Source: an uncultured Candidatus Saccharibacteria bacterium (lineage in GTDB: Bacteria; Patescibacteriota; Minisyncoccia; Phycocordibacterales; PALSA-1337). Taken from it: DNA of 64,000 nt. A program made the position numbers and the translations under genes. Below are positions 9,009-17,669 of this stretch, one piece after another. The notes under the pieces are model-generated. The model was given only the letters and a program-made list of their open reading frames with translations. It had not been told where the DNA came from and searched no databases. Position 1 is the stretch's first letter. Every line of letters begins with the position of its first letter. Where the stretch lies: the NCBI GenBank assembly GCA_964412585.1, contig CAYPPJ010000006.1, positions 31-64,030 on the forward strand, read 5' to 3'.

Positions 9009-9218
9009 AAGGTTCGGAAAGACTTTCCAGTCCCTCCTCGAATCCTCTAATAATGGAGGATGAATAAGCAAATTGTATTCTCCTAAAATGAGAAAGTCAA
9101 GATTACGAATTGTCTCTTCCTGTATACATTGACACCACCTAAAAATAATGTTAATAAGAACATGGCTTTGTTAGATAACCCAGTACGGCCGCAAGGCCTT
9201 TGAAAGGAAACCCTACCC

Positions 9219-10685
9219 ATGAGACAAAAACCAATGGATTGGTTCGCCCAGAGGATTATTGAACCTCGGGACGAAATCAAGGAACGAAACCACGAGGCGT
9301 CGAAAGGACTGATTGGCTTCAGCTTCTTCACCTTGCTCGCATTCAAATCCCCTCTTCCCGCAAAAATCGTAGCAGTTGCCTGGCCGGCCATCGGCCTCCT
9401 GGTGCTGTACATCCGCCTCGGTCTTGAGGCGAAACACTACAAGTCCAGCCGCTGGACTGAGTTCTTGATCGGGTGGAAATTATGGGCCGAGATGGTCATG
9501 GAGATCTATCTTTGGCCGCTCCAACTACTCTTCATCTTGATCGGCAGTCGAGATACATGCTCGTACCGAAACACACTCCGAACCGTCCGCGTTGACACCT
9601 TGATTGAAAAGCTTGGCAAAGTTGGCCACGCCTTCGATTCGGCAGAACGGATGTTCGGCGATGATGTAGACCATGCTGCAGAGCAAGGTCGCGCTATCGA
9701 GGAACTGCCAGAGCAAATGGTTTTGACGGCAAAAACGGGCGCAGTCTGCGGTGCCACAGTCATGACCATGGCGACCAGTGCGGCTTCAGCTGCATCACCG
9801 GTACCGGTCACACCTACCAACAGTATCAATGTCTCGGTCACCGGCTGGGCCACTGCTGTTGGAGATATTTCGGCACAAGGCAAGCCCAAAGGGAGTCTTG
9901 AGTACGCGCGAGCATTCGTCACAGTCTCGGATGAGACACTCCGTACCAGCTTCTTCACCGAACTGGCGCTGGACGCGTTTCAGACACCAACGAATCCCGA
10001 TGTTCTCAAACGCTTCTTCTTCACCTTCAATCTTGACGACAAGACAACGGTGAATGTCGGACGCATGTTTGTAGCTGGTGGCTGGATAGGCCCCGGGCCG
10101 ACAGACTTGGAGACTGTGGACTACTTCAGGTTTCCCTTCACCTTTCAGGGCTACGCTGCCCAGGTGGATGTGAGTCGAGGTCCTTGGCACTTCCTCGCAG
10201 ACGTGTCGGGTGTTACCGGACTCTCGTTTCTCGATGGTGGTCAATTCGACATCATTGAGCACAGCGGGCACCTGTCACGGTCATTCGGCTCGCCATATGA
10301 GCTCGGGCTGACATGGCAAGTGAGCGAGAAGTTTGCTCGCGTAGCGGTGACTGGCTCTGCCAATCCGCTGCCCTGGCTCACGACTCGCGGCATGTTCTAT
10401 TACGACCGCGAGGTCGGACAAGGTCAGCGCACCAGTACCATCGGATGTTATGGCTTCGCCAGCGTCCAGCCCTTCCATTCGATCCCGTGGCTCTCCGTTC
10501 ACGGTCAGGCAGATGACAAAATCGGCCTCGACCATCCAGAACAGGAACCACTGACGGTTACTATTGGTATGCGAGCAACGTTCAGCAAACGCCACTCGTT
10601 CATCATGGATTACCGTTCAAGTTACGGCTCCGCTCACGCAGGCGACTCCGACGGAGTCCGCATGGCGTGGCAGACGACGTTCTGA
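9219..10685 (+). CDS. Membrane protein with N-terminal TM helices and C-terminal porin-like beta-barrel domain
   Basis: Hydrophobic helices at about aa 30-110. From about aa 200 alternating-hydrophobic beta strands ending in RMAWQTTF. Own promoter (9129) and terminator (about 10707-10735). Confidence 0.6.
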   Translation: MRQKPMDWFAQRIIEPRDEIKERNHEASKGLIGFSFFTLLAFKSPLPAKIVAVAWPAIGLLVLYIRLGLEAKHYKSSRWTEFLIGWKLWAEMVMEIYLWPLQLLFILIGSRDTCSYRNTLRTVRVDTLIEKLGKVGHAFDSAERMFGDDVDHAAEQGRAIEELPEQMVLTAKTGAVCGATVMTMATSAASAASPVPVTPTNSINVSVTGWATAVGDISAQGKPKGSLEYARAFVTVSDETLRTSFFTELALDAFQTPTNPDVLKRFFFTFNLDDKTTVNVGRMFVAGGWIGPGPTDLETVDYFRFPFTFQGYAAQVDVSRGPWHFLADVSGVTGLSFLDGGQFDIIEHSGHLSRSFGSPYELGLTWQVSEKFARVAVTGSANPLPWLTTRGMFYYDREVGQGQRTSTIGCYGFASVQPFHSIPWLSVHGQADDKIGLDHPEQEPLTVTIGMRATFSKRHSFIMDYRSSYGSAHAGDSDGVRMAWQTTF

Positions 10686-10790
10686 AGGTTTCCTACAATT
10701 CTTCGCAGGCGCATCGGCAACGATGCGCTTTTTTTATACAACAAAAAACCCACCATTCGGCGGGCTCTTTGTGCGCGATGCGCGGAGATA

Positions 10791-11303
10791 TTATTTGTTT
10801 TGAGACTGCTCAAAGGCGCTATAGACGCTAGCAGTATTCTTTGCTGAAAGCCCTGAATCAATGACAGCGATAGGTGATGTCGAACGTGTTGCCTGGCATT
10901 TTTCATTGGTAACTGTACATGCGATTTCAATCACAATATTCTGACCAATCTCAGTCTTTGATGGAACCCAGACCGCATCACCATCATTTTGGGTAAATGA
11001 AGCGATAGTACGGATGAGCTTGTAACTCACTGGATCTGAACTTTCTCGGCGGAGGATATTGATCGTGACTGTTGGCGAAGAATAATTTTGAGATGTCCAC
11101 TTGATATGCTGAACTTCGCCAACCTTGACGGTACCTGAGATTGATTCTACAAGTGCCAACGAAGCTCCACTCACGACAGGGGTCTGTGTTACAGGAGTGA
11201 CGGCGACATTTGTTGAGCTCGGAGAGGTCAATGCGGCGATGATAAGGATGACCGCAGCGACGATAACTGAAACAATCAGAGCCGTCTTAGGTGAAGATTT
11301 CAT
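10791..11303 (-). CDS. Membrane-anchored Ser/Thr-rich protein with Ig-like domain
   Basis: N-terminal TM helix; IKWTS...INIL...NDGDAVWVP beta-sandwich pattern. Confidence 0.65.
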   Translation of the reverse strand: MKSSPKTALIVSVIVAAVILIIAALTSPSSTNVAVTPVTQTPVVSGASLALVESISGTVKVGEVQHIKWTSQNYSSPTVTINILRRESSDPVSYKLIRTIASFTQNDGDAVWVPSKTEIGQNIVIEIACTVTNEKCQATRSTSPIAVIDSGLSAKNTASVYSAFEQSQNK

Positions 11304-11403
11304 AAATAAAATAGTGTTATTACTAACGGTAATGATTATATCATACAGGTATATAATGTCAAGTCAAGGGTTGCTGTGGGGATAAACACTCGACACTTCT
11401 ATG

Positions 11404-11474
11404 CGGGCGATCGAGGAATCGAACCTCGGACAGCGGTTTTGGAGACCGCAGTTATGCCACTTAACTAATCGCCC
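11404..11474 (-). tRNA. tRNA-Trp(CCA)
   Basis: Reverse complement folds with acceptor GGGCGAT/ATCGCCC, anticodon arm GCGGT-CTCCAAA-ACCGC and GGTTCGATTCC T-arm. Confidence 0.95.
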
Positions 11475-11625
11475 AAATTTCTCTACCTCGAGAAATTTGG
11501 ATCGAGAGATTTCCTCTGGCGAAGCCGGAGGAAATTCGAGACCGAAATTTCCCTTCCTAAGGAAATTCGCGTCGAAAGATTTTTCATGGCGTAGCCGTGA
11601 AAAATTTTCGTGCAGAATTTCCCTA
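11475..11625. repeat. Tandem pair of about 70-nt double-hairpin palindromic units (BIME/REP-like)
   Basis: AAATTTCTC..GAGAAATTT plus ATTTCCTCTGGC-GAA-GCCGGAGGAAAT, repeated as AATTTCC..GGAAATT plus ATTTTTCATGGC-GTA-GCCGTGAAAAAT. Confidence 0.7.
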
Positions 11626-11691
11626 TTACCCCCCTATTTAGCAAAAAAGAGGATATCGTAATCCTACCCTCTTTTTCATCTCTATGCAAAA

Positions 11692-11847
11692 TTATTTCTT
11701 TGCTTCCTTGAAGACCACGTGCTTCCTCAGCTTCGCGCTGTATTTCTTGAGCTCGATCTTCTTTTCGACCGTCTTCTTGTTTTTGCGTGACCAATAGGTC
11801 TCGCCGGTCGACTTGTTTTTGAGTTGTATAAGCTTTTCTTGTGACAT
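11692..11847 (-). CDS. rpmG: 50S ribosomal protein L33
   Basis: Translated by hand (absent from the ORF track): MSQEKLIQLKNKSTGETYWSRKNKKTVEKKIELKKYSAKLRKHVVFKEAKK; non-zinc type. Confidence 0.93.
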   Translation of the reverse strand: MSQEKLIQLKNKSTGETYWSRKNKKTVEKKIELKKYSAKLRKHVVFKEAKK

Positions 11848-11948
11848 AAAGGTATAAAATGGCTAAAAATCGTGTCGCCGTACTATAGCATATAAAATTG
11901 TAGGCCGCAACGCGTGCAAGCGTTGCGGCCCCTAATCATCAAGTCAGT

Positions 11949-13067
11949 TCACGGATTCACTCCGACTGCTTCAGCCTTGCCGACAGGAACTGGGCCACCA
12001 CCACCCGATGGCGAACCATAGTAGCGATGAAGAGTGATCCAACCCCGATCAATCGGCTTGGGACCATTGGGCAGGACCGTCACCACCACTTTTCCAGCAT
12101 TCAGGTTCACGGTGTTAACGCGAGTTTCTTTTCCTCCCCAAGGATACACCGTGCTGTTGTCCTTGAGTTCAAGGGCGACCATATCGCCTTGCTCGGTAAC
12201 TTGGTGCACATAGAACGTGACATCGCCCCAGAGTGACAGCTCCAAGCCTCCATCATCCACGTCGGTGAATATAACCTTTCCCGGCGTGTTCGTTCCAGCG
12301 GTAGTGGGGACACTACAATCAAATGGAACCCCTCCGAGGGAGAACCACGCATCAGTGCGGTCGTTGGGAAATTCAACCCCGACGACGTTGCCGATGTATT
12401 TGATTGCCACATAGCCTTCGTCAGGCGTGACAGGCTTCTTGAACGGCTCAAGTGTTCCTTGTCCCAATGGACTGCCATCACTCCGTTTGCGGAGTGTGTA
12501 GTGATACGAACCACCAACTGGCGGGAGATACGCAGCAAAATTGCCGTTCTCATCGCTGCCGTAGCCGTATCCATAGGTAAATCCTTCGATGTCAAGATCA
12601 ACATCATTGAGATCTGCCCCTGGAGGCAACGGTAAGACGATCTTAATGTCGCCAGGCCGCAGGATAACCTCCATACGATCACCTTTTACGACGTTCTGCA
12701 GGTAGGCGTACCCGTAACCGGCGTACGCGCCTTTCGACGAGCGGGCGTCCACATTCAGGTTGACTTCCTTCATGCGGCCACCATTCGCCATCGGAATACC
12801 GAAGATGGGCTTCGGCAACGGAATATTCACTCCGTTGATCGAGAGGTTGGTGATGGCGAAGTCCGACTTGCGCACCACAAACTTCATCCAAGTGTCCTGC
12901 CATTTGTCATTGACCAAGGACTTGGCGCTGATGGAACAGTCGAACGAGGTCGGTGGCTTCATGACGAAGCCACGGGCAACGTTCAACGGGTTGATGTTGG
13001 CATCGTCCTGGGCCTGCACACACATGCAGAGGGCGATAGCGGAGAGGACTGCGAACAGTTTTTTCAT
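11949..13067 (-). CDS. Secreted hypothetical protein (beta-rich)
   Basis: Signal peptide MKKLFAVLSAIALCMCVQA; no recognisable family. Confidence 0.75.
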   Translation of the reverse strand: MKKLFAVLSAIALCMCVQAQDDANINPLNVARGFVMKPPTSFDCSISAKSLVNDKWQDTWMKFVVRKSDFAITNLSINGVNIPLPKPIFGIPMANGGRMKEVNLNVDARSSKGAYAGYGYAYLQNVVKGDRMEVILRPGDIKIVLPLPPGADLNDVDLDIEGFTYGYGYGSDENGNFAAYLPPVGGSYHYTLRKRSDGSPLGQGTLEPFKKPVTPDEGYVAIKYIGNVVGVEFPNDRTDAWFSLGGVPFDCSVPTTAGTNTPGKVIFTDVDDGGLELSLWGDVTFYVHQVTEQGDMVALELKDNSTVYPWGGKETRVNTVNLNAGKVVVTVLPNGPKPIDRGWITLHRYYGSPSGGGGPVPVGKAEAVGVNP

Positions 13068-13099
13068 TTTCGTTCTAGTTTGCTGTTGGTTTGACCGAA

Positions 13100-13384
13100 T
13101 TATTTGACCGAGACCGTGACCGTGTTGGAAAGGGTGTACCCGAGCGCATTAAGTGCCGCTTCAGTGACATCCTGCGCATTCGTCGCTTCCTGCACGAACC
13201 CCGCCGGCACTTCCGGTTGACCCGGTGTAGCGACGACTGATTCCTGATCCGTGGCTTTCGCGTGCGATTGGCGGCTCATATACAACAGAGCCACCATCAC
13301 CACAAGCAAAATCCCACAGAAGATCAACAGGATACGGAACCCACGAAACATCGTGGGAGTACCAAACGTTTGCGGATTTTTCAT
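13100..13384 (-). CDS. Hypothetical single-pass membrane protein
   Basis: One TM helix. TTGACT-N17-TATATT promoter at 13550-13522. Start uncertain. Confidence 0.6.
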   Translation of the reverse strand: MKNPQTFGTPTMFRGFRILLIFCGILLVVMVALLYMSRQSHAKATDQESVVATPGQPEVPAGFVQEATNAQDVTEAALNALGYTLSNTVTVSVK

Positions 13385-13586
13385 AGGCTTGTTCCTTCCG
13401 TCCTTCGACAATCAACACCTGCTGCCGTAGCAAAAGGCTTGGTTAATTGTTTGTTTGACTGACATGATGATGTCAAAGGACTAAAAATGGGGCTTTTTAC
13501 TACCCCTTTTGTACGGGCGTCAATATAGCATAATAATAGTGTAAAGTCAAGTGCTCCCGCTACGTTAAAGGGAGTACAATAAACCC

Positions 13587-14789
13587 ATGAGACGCCTCCT
13601 CACCCGCCTTTCCAAACGTCGCTTTCCCTACGAACCACTGGTCACGGTCACTATTTCCCGTACACGACTGATCCACAACCTCCACGAGTTCATGAAGGTC
13701 GCACCACGAGGTACCGTCGCACCAGTCCTCAAAAGTAACGCCTACGGACATGGCCTTGTGGATGTGGCACGCATTATAGAAGCAGAACGACGTAGTGATG
13801 GCCGTGCCAAAAAAGACCACATCCCCTTCTTGGTGGTCGATTCATTTTTTGAAGCTGTTGCACTCCGCGCCGCACGAGTCAGATCACCACTTCTCATCAT
13901 TGGCTATACGCGACCAGAAACCATAGCGCGCTCACGTCTCCGTGACGTGTCTTTTACTATTAGCTCTATCGAAACTCTCCGTCACATCGCTGAGTATCAA
14001 TACTCCTTCTTCGACTTTGGTGGTAAACGAATCTCTATTCATCTGAAAATAGATACCGGTATGCACCGCCAAGGTATCCTGCCAAGCGAACTCCACGAGG
14101 TCTCCGACCTGCTCGACATGAATCCGTCCATCGTACTCAAAGGCATATGTTCACATTTTTCATCAGCCGATGACCCAGATCCTTCGGCAACAGAATCACA
14201 GATTCATATCTGGAACAAAGTAGCGAAAGAGCTGCATAATCAATACTCCTCACTCGAACATATCCATATCAGCAACACAGACGGTCATCGCTACGTCAAA
14301 GAATGTTACGCGACTGTCTCCCGGCTCGGCCTTGGCCTCTATGGGCTCGCTGATGGCAGCGTCTTTTCTCCCCCACTCGACCTCAAACCAGTCATGAGTT
14401 TGGAAACAATCATCACTGGTACAAAAAAATTGCAACGTGATGACACAGTCGGCTACGGTAATACATTCAAAGCTGAAAAAGAAATGACCATCGCCACACT
14501 TCCTCTCGGTTACTACGAAGGTGTCGACCGCCGACTTTCAAATAAAGGAATTGTGTTGGTTGGCCCAGAGCGTGTTCCGTGTAAGATCATCGGCCGAGTC
14601 AGCATGAATATCACTGTTATTGATGTGACCGATATACCGCCCGTACAAGCTGGCACCACGGTCACTGTTATAAGCAACCAGCCGCATGACCCAAATTCAG
14701 TAGTGCATATGGCAGAGATGGCTGGAACTATTCCCTATGAGATTGCGGTGCATGTGTCAGGACTGCTCAAGAGAGTGGTGGTTGACTAA
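13587..14789 (+). CDS. alr: Alanine racemase
   Basis: VLKSNAYGHG PLP-lysine motif, HLKIDTGMHRQG, GYYEG, GRVSMN, GTIPYE. Confidence 0.96.
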   Translation: MRRLLTRLSKRRFPYEPLVTVTISRTRLIHNLHEFMKVAPRGTVAPVLKSNAYGHGLVDVARIIEAERRSDGRAKKDHIPFLVVDSFFEAVALRAARVRSPLLIIGYTRPETIARSRLRDVSFTISSIETLRHIAEYQYSFFDFGGKRISIHLKIDTGMHRQGILPSELHEVSDLLDMNPSIVLKGICSHFSSADDPDPSATESQIHIWNKVAKELHNQYSSLEHIHISNTDGHRYVKECYATVSRLGLGLYGLADGSVFSPPLDLKPVMSLETIITGTKKLQRDDTVGYGNTFKAEKEMTIATLPLGYYEGVDRRLSNKGIVLVGPERVPCKIIGRVSMNITVIDVTDIPPVQAGTTVTVISNQPHDPNSVVHMAEMAGTIPYEIAVHVSGLLKRVVVD

Positions 14790-14839
14790 TATGAATGTAG
14801 TGGTACTCTGAGGCTAAACCAACCCCGGAGAATACGTTT

Positions 14840-14974
14840 ATGAACCTATGGATTAATGTGGGCCTGATCCTTCTTGTCATTGCGGAACTTGCCGTCTTGG
14901 CATTCGTCATCATGGCGAATCTGATCAAGCGACAACGTGAAGAGCAGTTTCGTTTCGAGCAGAAGCATTCCTGA
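14840..14974 (+). CDS. Small membrane protein (44 aa)
   Basis: Translated by hand: MNLWINVGLILLVIAELAVLAFVIMANLIKRQREEQFRFEQKHS. GGAG upstream; terminator at about 14997-15023. Confidence 0.6.
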   Translation: MNLWINVGLILLVIAELAVLAFVIMANLIKRQREEQFRFEQKHS

Positions 14975-15030
14975 AAGATCGCCGCCCCCCAACGACAAAG
15001 GCCGGACACGATGTTCCGGCCTTTATCTTG

Positions 15031-15113
15031 TGCGCCGTGCTGGACTCGAACCAGCGATGCCCATTGGGCCGCGGATTTACAGTCCGCTGCAATAGCCGCT
15101 ATGCGAACGGCGC
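15031..15113 (-). tRNA. tRNA-Tyr(GTA)
   Basis: Acceptor GCGCCGT/ACGGCGC, anticodon arm GCGGA-CTGTAAA-TCCGC, long variable arm, GGTTCGAGTCC. Confidence 0.95.
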
Positions 15114-15157
15114 GCATGTTCGCTCACATAAGGAACAAATCGATTCTAACATATGTA

Positions 15158-16114
15158 TCAAAAATATACATCTAATTTCTCTAGGGCTTCCAGCACAAAG
15201 CGCCTTCGTATATTCGAAGGAACATCGCCGGCCGAGTGATAGACCGGCATCAGCGCATCGTAGTCAGAAGTAATCAGAGATATCTTCGACTGGAGTTTTT
15301 GTATGCCCGCGATTGGAAATGCGAGTTTTATGATCGGGCCCTTCTTTAGGATTTCCGTCGGAGCATATCCGATGCAATCAACCACGACAATATGCCGCGC
15401 CGCCAACATCAGCCGCGGATATTTCTTCTCAAAATTGCGATATCCTTTGCCCCAATAGGTCGGATAGTCATACGACATCTCTTCATTGCCATCAAAGACG
15501 AATAGCGTTTCCTCAAGGCGTTTTGGTTTATCAATTATGGCCTGCAACATAAGCGCCGTTCCGCTGGCATTATCAATGGCTCCAGGACCGACAGAGTCAA
15601 CGTGCGAAAACACTATGGTTTTTGGATTTCTTCGGTTTCCTACCAAAATCTGATATGTCGTCTGTACTTTCTTCAGGACTTTCAGCTCCCCTTTTAGGTT
15701 GCGGGCTTTGAATAAAGCCGGCAAGGAACCAGCGGCAACCGCGCACGACGGTGCAAAAGAGAAATTAGCCCGCGAGATCGCCTTGGAGCGCGGATTGAAG
15801 TTTATGTGCGGAACATCAAGAAAATAACGCGACGACACCAATGAGCTAGTATACGCGGTCACCTCATCAAATGTGCCCGAAGTAAATCCAGTCGGCATGC
15901 AAGGAATGTTTTTTCTATCGGCACGTAACACGCATTTTTTCCAAACTGGCAACTCAACACGATACGTTTCAGTCTTGTAGGTAATACCAAACTCACGTAA
16001 TACTGAAGAAATAACATCGCATGCCTTTTTGGCTGCAACACCTTGCCGCGTTCCCAAAGCTGCCAGTTTACTGACGACAGTATCGAATATAAAATTGTTT
16101 GTTTTGTTTTTCAT
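15158..16114 (-). CDS. M28-family zinc peptidase-like protein
   Basis: SHVDS, GAIDNASGTA, GNEE, VDCIG, YHSAGD zinc-ligand motifs. Start set at MKNKTN. Confidence 0.8.
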   Translation of the reverse strand: MKNKTNNFIFDTVVSKLAALGTRQGVAAKKACDVISSVLREFGITYKTETYRVELPVWKKCVLRADRKNIPCMPTGFTSGTFDEVTAYTSSLVSSRYFLDVPHINFNPRSKAISRANFSFAPSCAVAAGSLPALFKARNLKGELKVLKKVQTTYQILVGNRRNPKTIVFSHVDSVGPGAIDNASGTALMLQAIIDKPKRLEETLFVFDGNEEMSYDYPTYWGKGYRNFEKKYPRLMLAARHIVVVDCIGYAPTEILKKGPIIKLAFPIAGIQKLQSKISLITSDYDALMPVYHSAGDVPSNIRRRFVLEALEKLDVYF

Positions 16115-16204
16115 GGAGGCTTTGGGGCACACATTACTAGTATATAAAGTCCCAACAGACAAGCATAGAGCTTGGCTGTTGGGACGCGAGAGGGACAACA
16201 ACGC

Positions 16205-17242
16205 TCACAATGGGCGGCCGAAACGAAGCACCTCATCAGCAAACCATCGGGTCATGGCGGCGGTCTCGTCAGTCCAATACTGCAGTGGACAGAGCCGCTC
16301 ACTGGCTCGTACCGGCTCGTCAAGGATATGCTGATTGACGTAGAGCATGTCAGGACGAAGCGGCGCCGTTTTGACGACCATGGGCATGAAGCCGGTGGCC
16401 GAGCGAATGGCGTCCATCTCTTTTTCGAAGAGACGCCGAGCTTCAGGAACACCGCCAGTCTCATTATCATAGGTCTCCAACAAGACGAAGGTCCCATCGA
16501 GAAACATAGACAAGTAGAGGTGGTAATACCATTTGGATGAGGGACGGACGGTCAGATCCAGCGCCTCGCTTTCAGTGTAATGCGACGAGGGCGAATCCTT
16601 ACCATCGCCATTGCACCGCCAGACCGTAGCCGGTTTTTTTCCTGCCCGATTGACTTGAGCAAGCACTCGACCATAGGTATCTGACAAATCAGTCCACAGA
16701 TACGGTTCAGGAAATGAGCGAAAGACATTCTGTTGCATCTGCCAGTGATACTGGGCCAGCGAAACGCCGTTGGTGTACAGACGATCCATGCGGGCCATGT
16801 TCAGCTCATCATAAACCTTAACTTGAGGCTGAGTAATCAAAGGTCGATTATCCACCACCAAGCGGGCCTTTTTTGACCACGACACGAACGGCACTCGCGC
16901 ACGGAATAGTTTGTCGTTGCTTCCAGAATTGAACGAATCGCGGGTGAATGCGAGAACGGTGGGTACCAAGCCGAGACGACGGGAGAGCAGATAGCAAGCC
17001 ACGTCTTCACTGCACACTCCTGGAATCTGTCGAGCCAACACGCCATAGGATTTTTCCTGATCGATCACCGGCGCGGAGCCGATGATCCCCGAACCGATCC
17101 CTTCGCGGATAAACCGGCTGTATTCCGGAATACCGAAGGTTCTTTCGACGTGCTGATCAAGCATGGCCCGAATAGTATGTTGTTTCTGTCTGCGCCGCCG
17201 CAGCTCTTCTTTCACCTGAACCACTGAAGTAAGGTAATACAT
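16205..17242 (-). CDS. Hypothetical protein (345 aa, probably enzymatic)
   Basis: Long ORF with globular composition (LARQIP...D.F...DK...YH...WYY.LYL.MF...LLE). No family recognised with certainty. Confidence 0.75.
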   Translation of the reverse strand: MYYLTSVVQVKEELRRRRQKQHTIRAMLDQHVERTFGIPEYSRFIREGIGSGIIGSAPVIDQEKSYGVLARQIPGVCSEDVACYLLSRRLGLVPTVLAFTRDSFNSGSNDKLFRARVPFVSWSKKARLVVDNRPLITQPQVKVYDELNMARMDRLYTNGVSLAQYHWQMQQNVFRSFPEPYLWTDLSDTYGRVLAQVNRAGKKPATVWRCNGDGKDSPSSHYTESEALDLTVRPSSKWYYHLYLSMFLDGTFVLLETYDNETGGVPEARRLFEKEMDAIRSATGFMPMVVKTAPLRPDMLYVNQHILDEPVRASERLCPLQYWTDETAAMTRWFADEVLRFGRPL

Positions 17243-17331
17243 AATGCAGTACTGTAGGTTGTTGTTGCCAAGGAACTCCAGCTCGTTCTAAGCACACTCA
17301 TGCTTAGATGCTGGTGACATACTTCAAGCTA

Positions 17332-17451
17332 TTATCCGAGAGGTGGCGAGGATGGCTTAATATATTTCATCAAATACCAAACATGATTCATATAGATATG
17401 AACCCAAAGAAGATGGAGCGTATGAAGCTTGTTGTTGGTATAGATGTTCAT
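17332..17451 (-). CDS. Putative leader peptide 2 (39 aa)
   Basis: MNIYTNNKLHTLHLLWVHIYMNHVWYLMKYIKPSSPPLG*; N-terminus resembles leader peptide 1. Confidence 0.4.
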   Translation of the reverse strand: MNIYTNNKLHTLHLLWVHIYMNHVWYLMKYIKPSSPPLG

Positions 17452-17475
17452 GTGTGAGTGGCTCAGATCTAGACT

Positions 17476-17565
17476 AAAAGAAAAACCCCAGTCGGGAGTA
17501 TGCCGGCTGAGGTTTTTCCTAATAAGAGCAGATCCTATAAGGCAAAAGCCAAAACAGCCGGCATG
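17476..17565 (-). promoter_or_regulatory. Transcription attenuator (alternative terminator/antiterminator)
   Basis: Terminator AAAACCTCAGCCGG..CCGACTGGGGTTTT followed by TCTTTT. Its 5' arm CAGCCGGCAT is perfectly complementary to ATGCCGGCTG inside leader ORF 1. Confidence 0.65.
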
Positions 17566-17612
17566 GTAAGGTGCCAGAGCGTAAGGGCTGACGTGTTGTT
17601 CTTATAAGTCAT
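17535..17612 (-). CDS. Putative leader peptide 1 (25 aa, leaderless)
   Basis: MTYKNNTSALTLWHLTMPAVLAFAL*; ATG 8 nt downstream of a TTGACT-N18-TATCAT promoter (17650-17621). Confidence 0.5.
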   Translation of the reverse strand: MTYKNNTSALTLWHLTMPAVLAFAL

Positions 17613-17669
17613 GTAATGTAATGATAGCTGTAAGACAATAAAAAAGTCAACTATGTAAGATGCCCTAAC

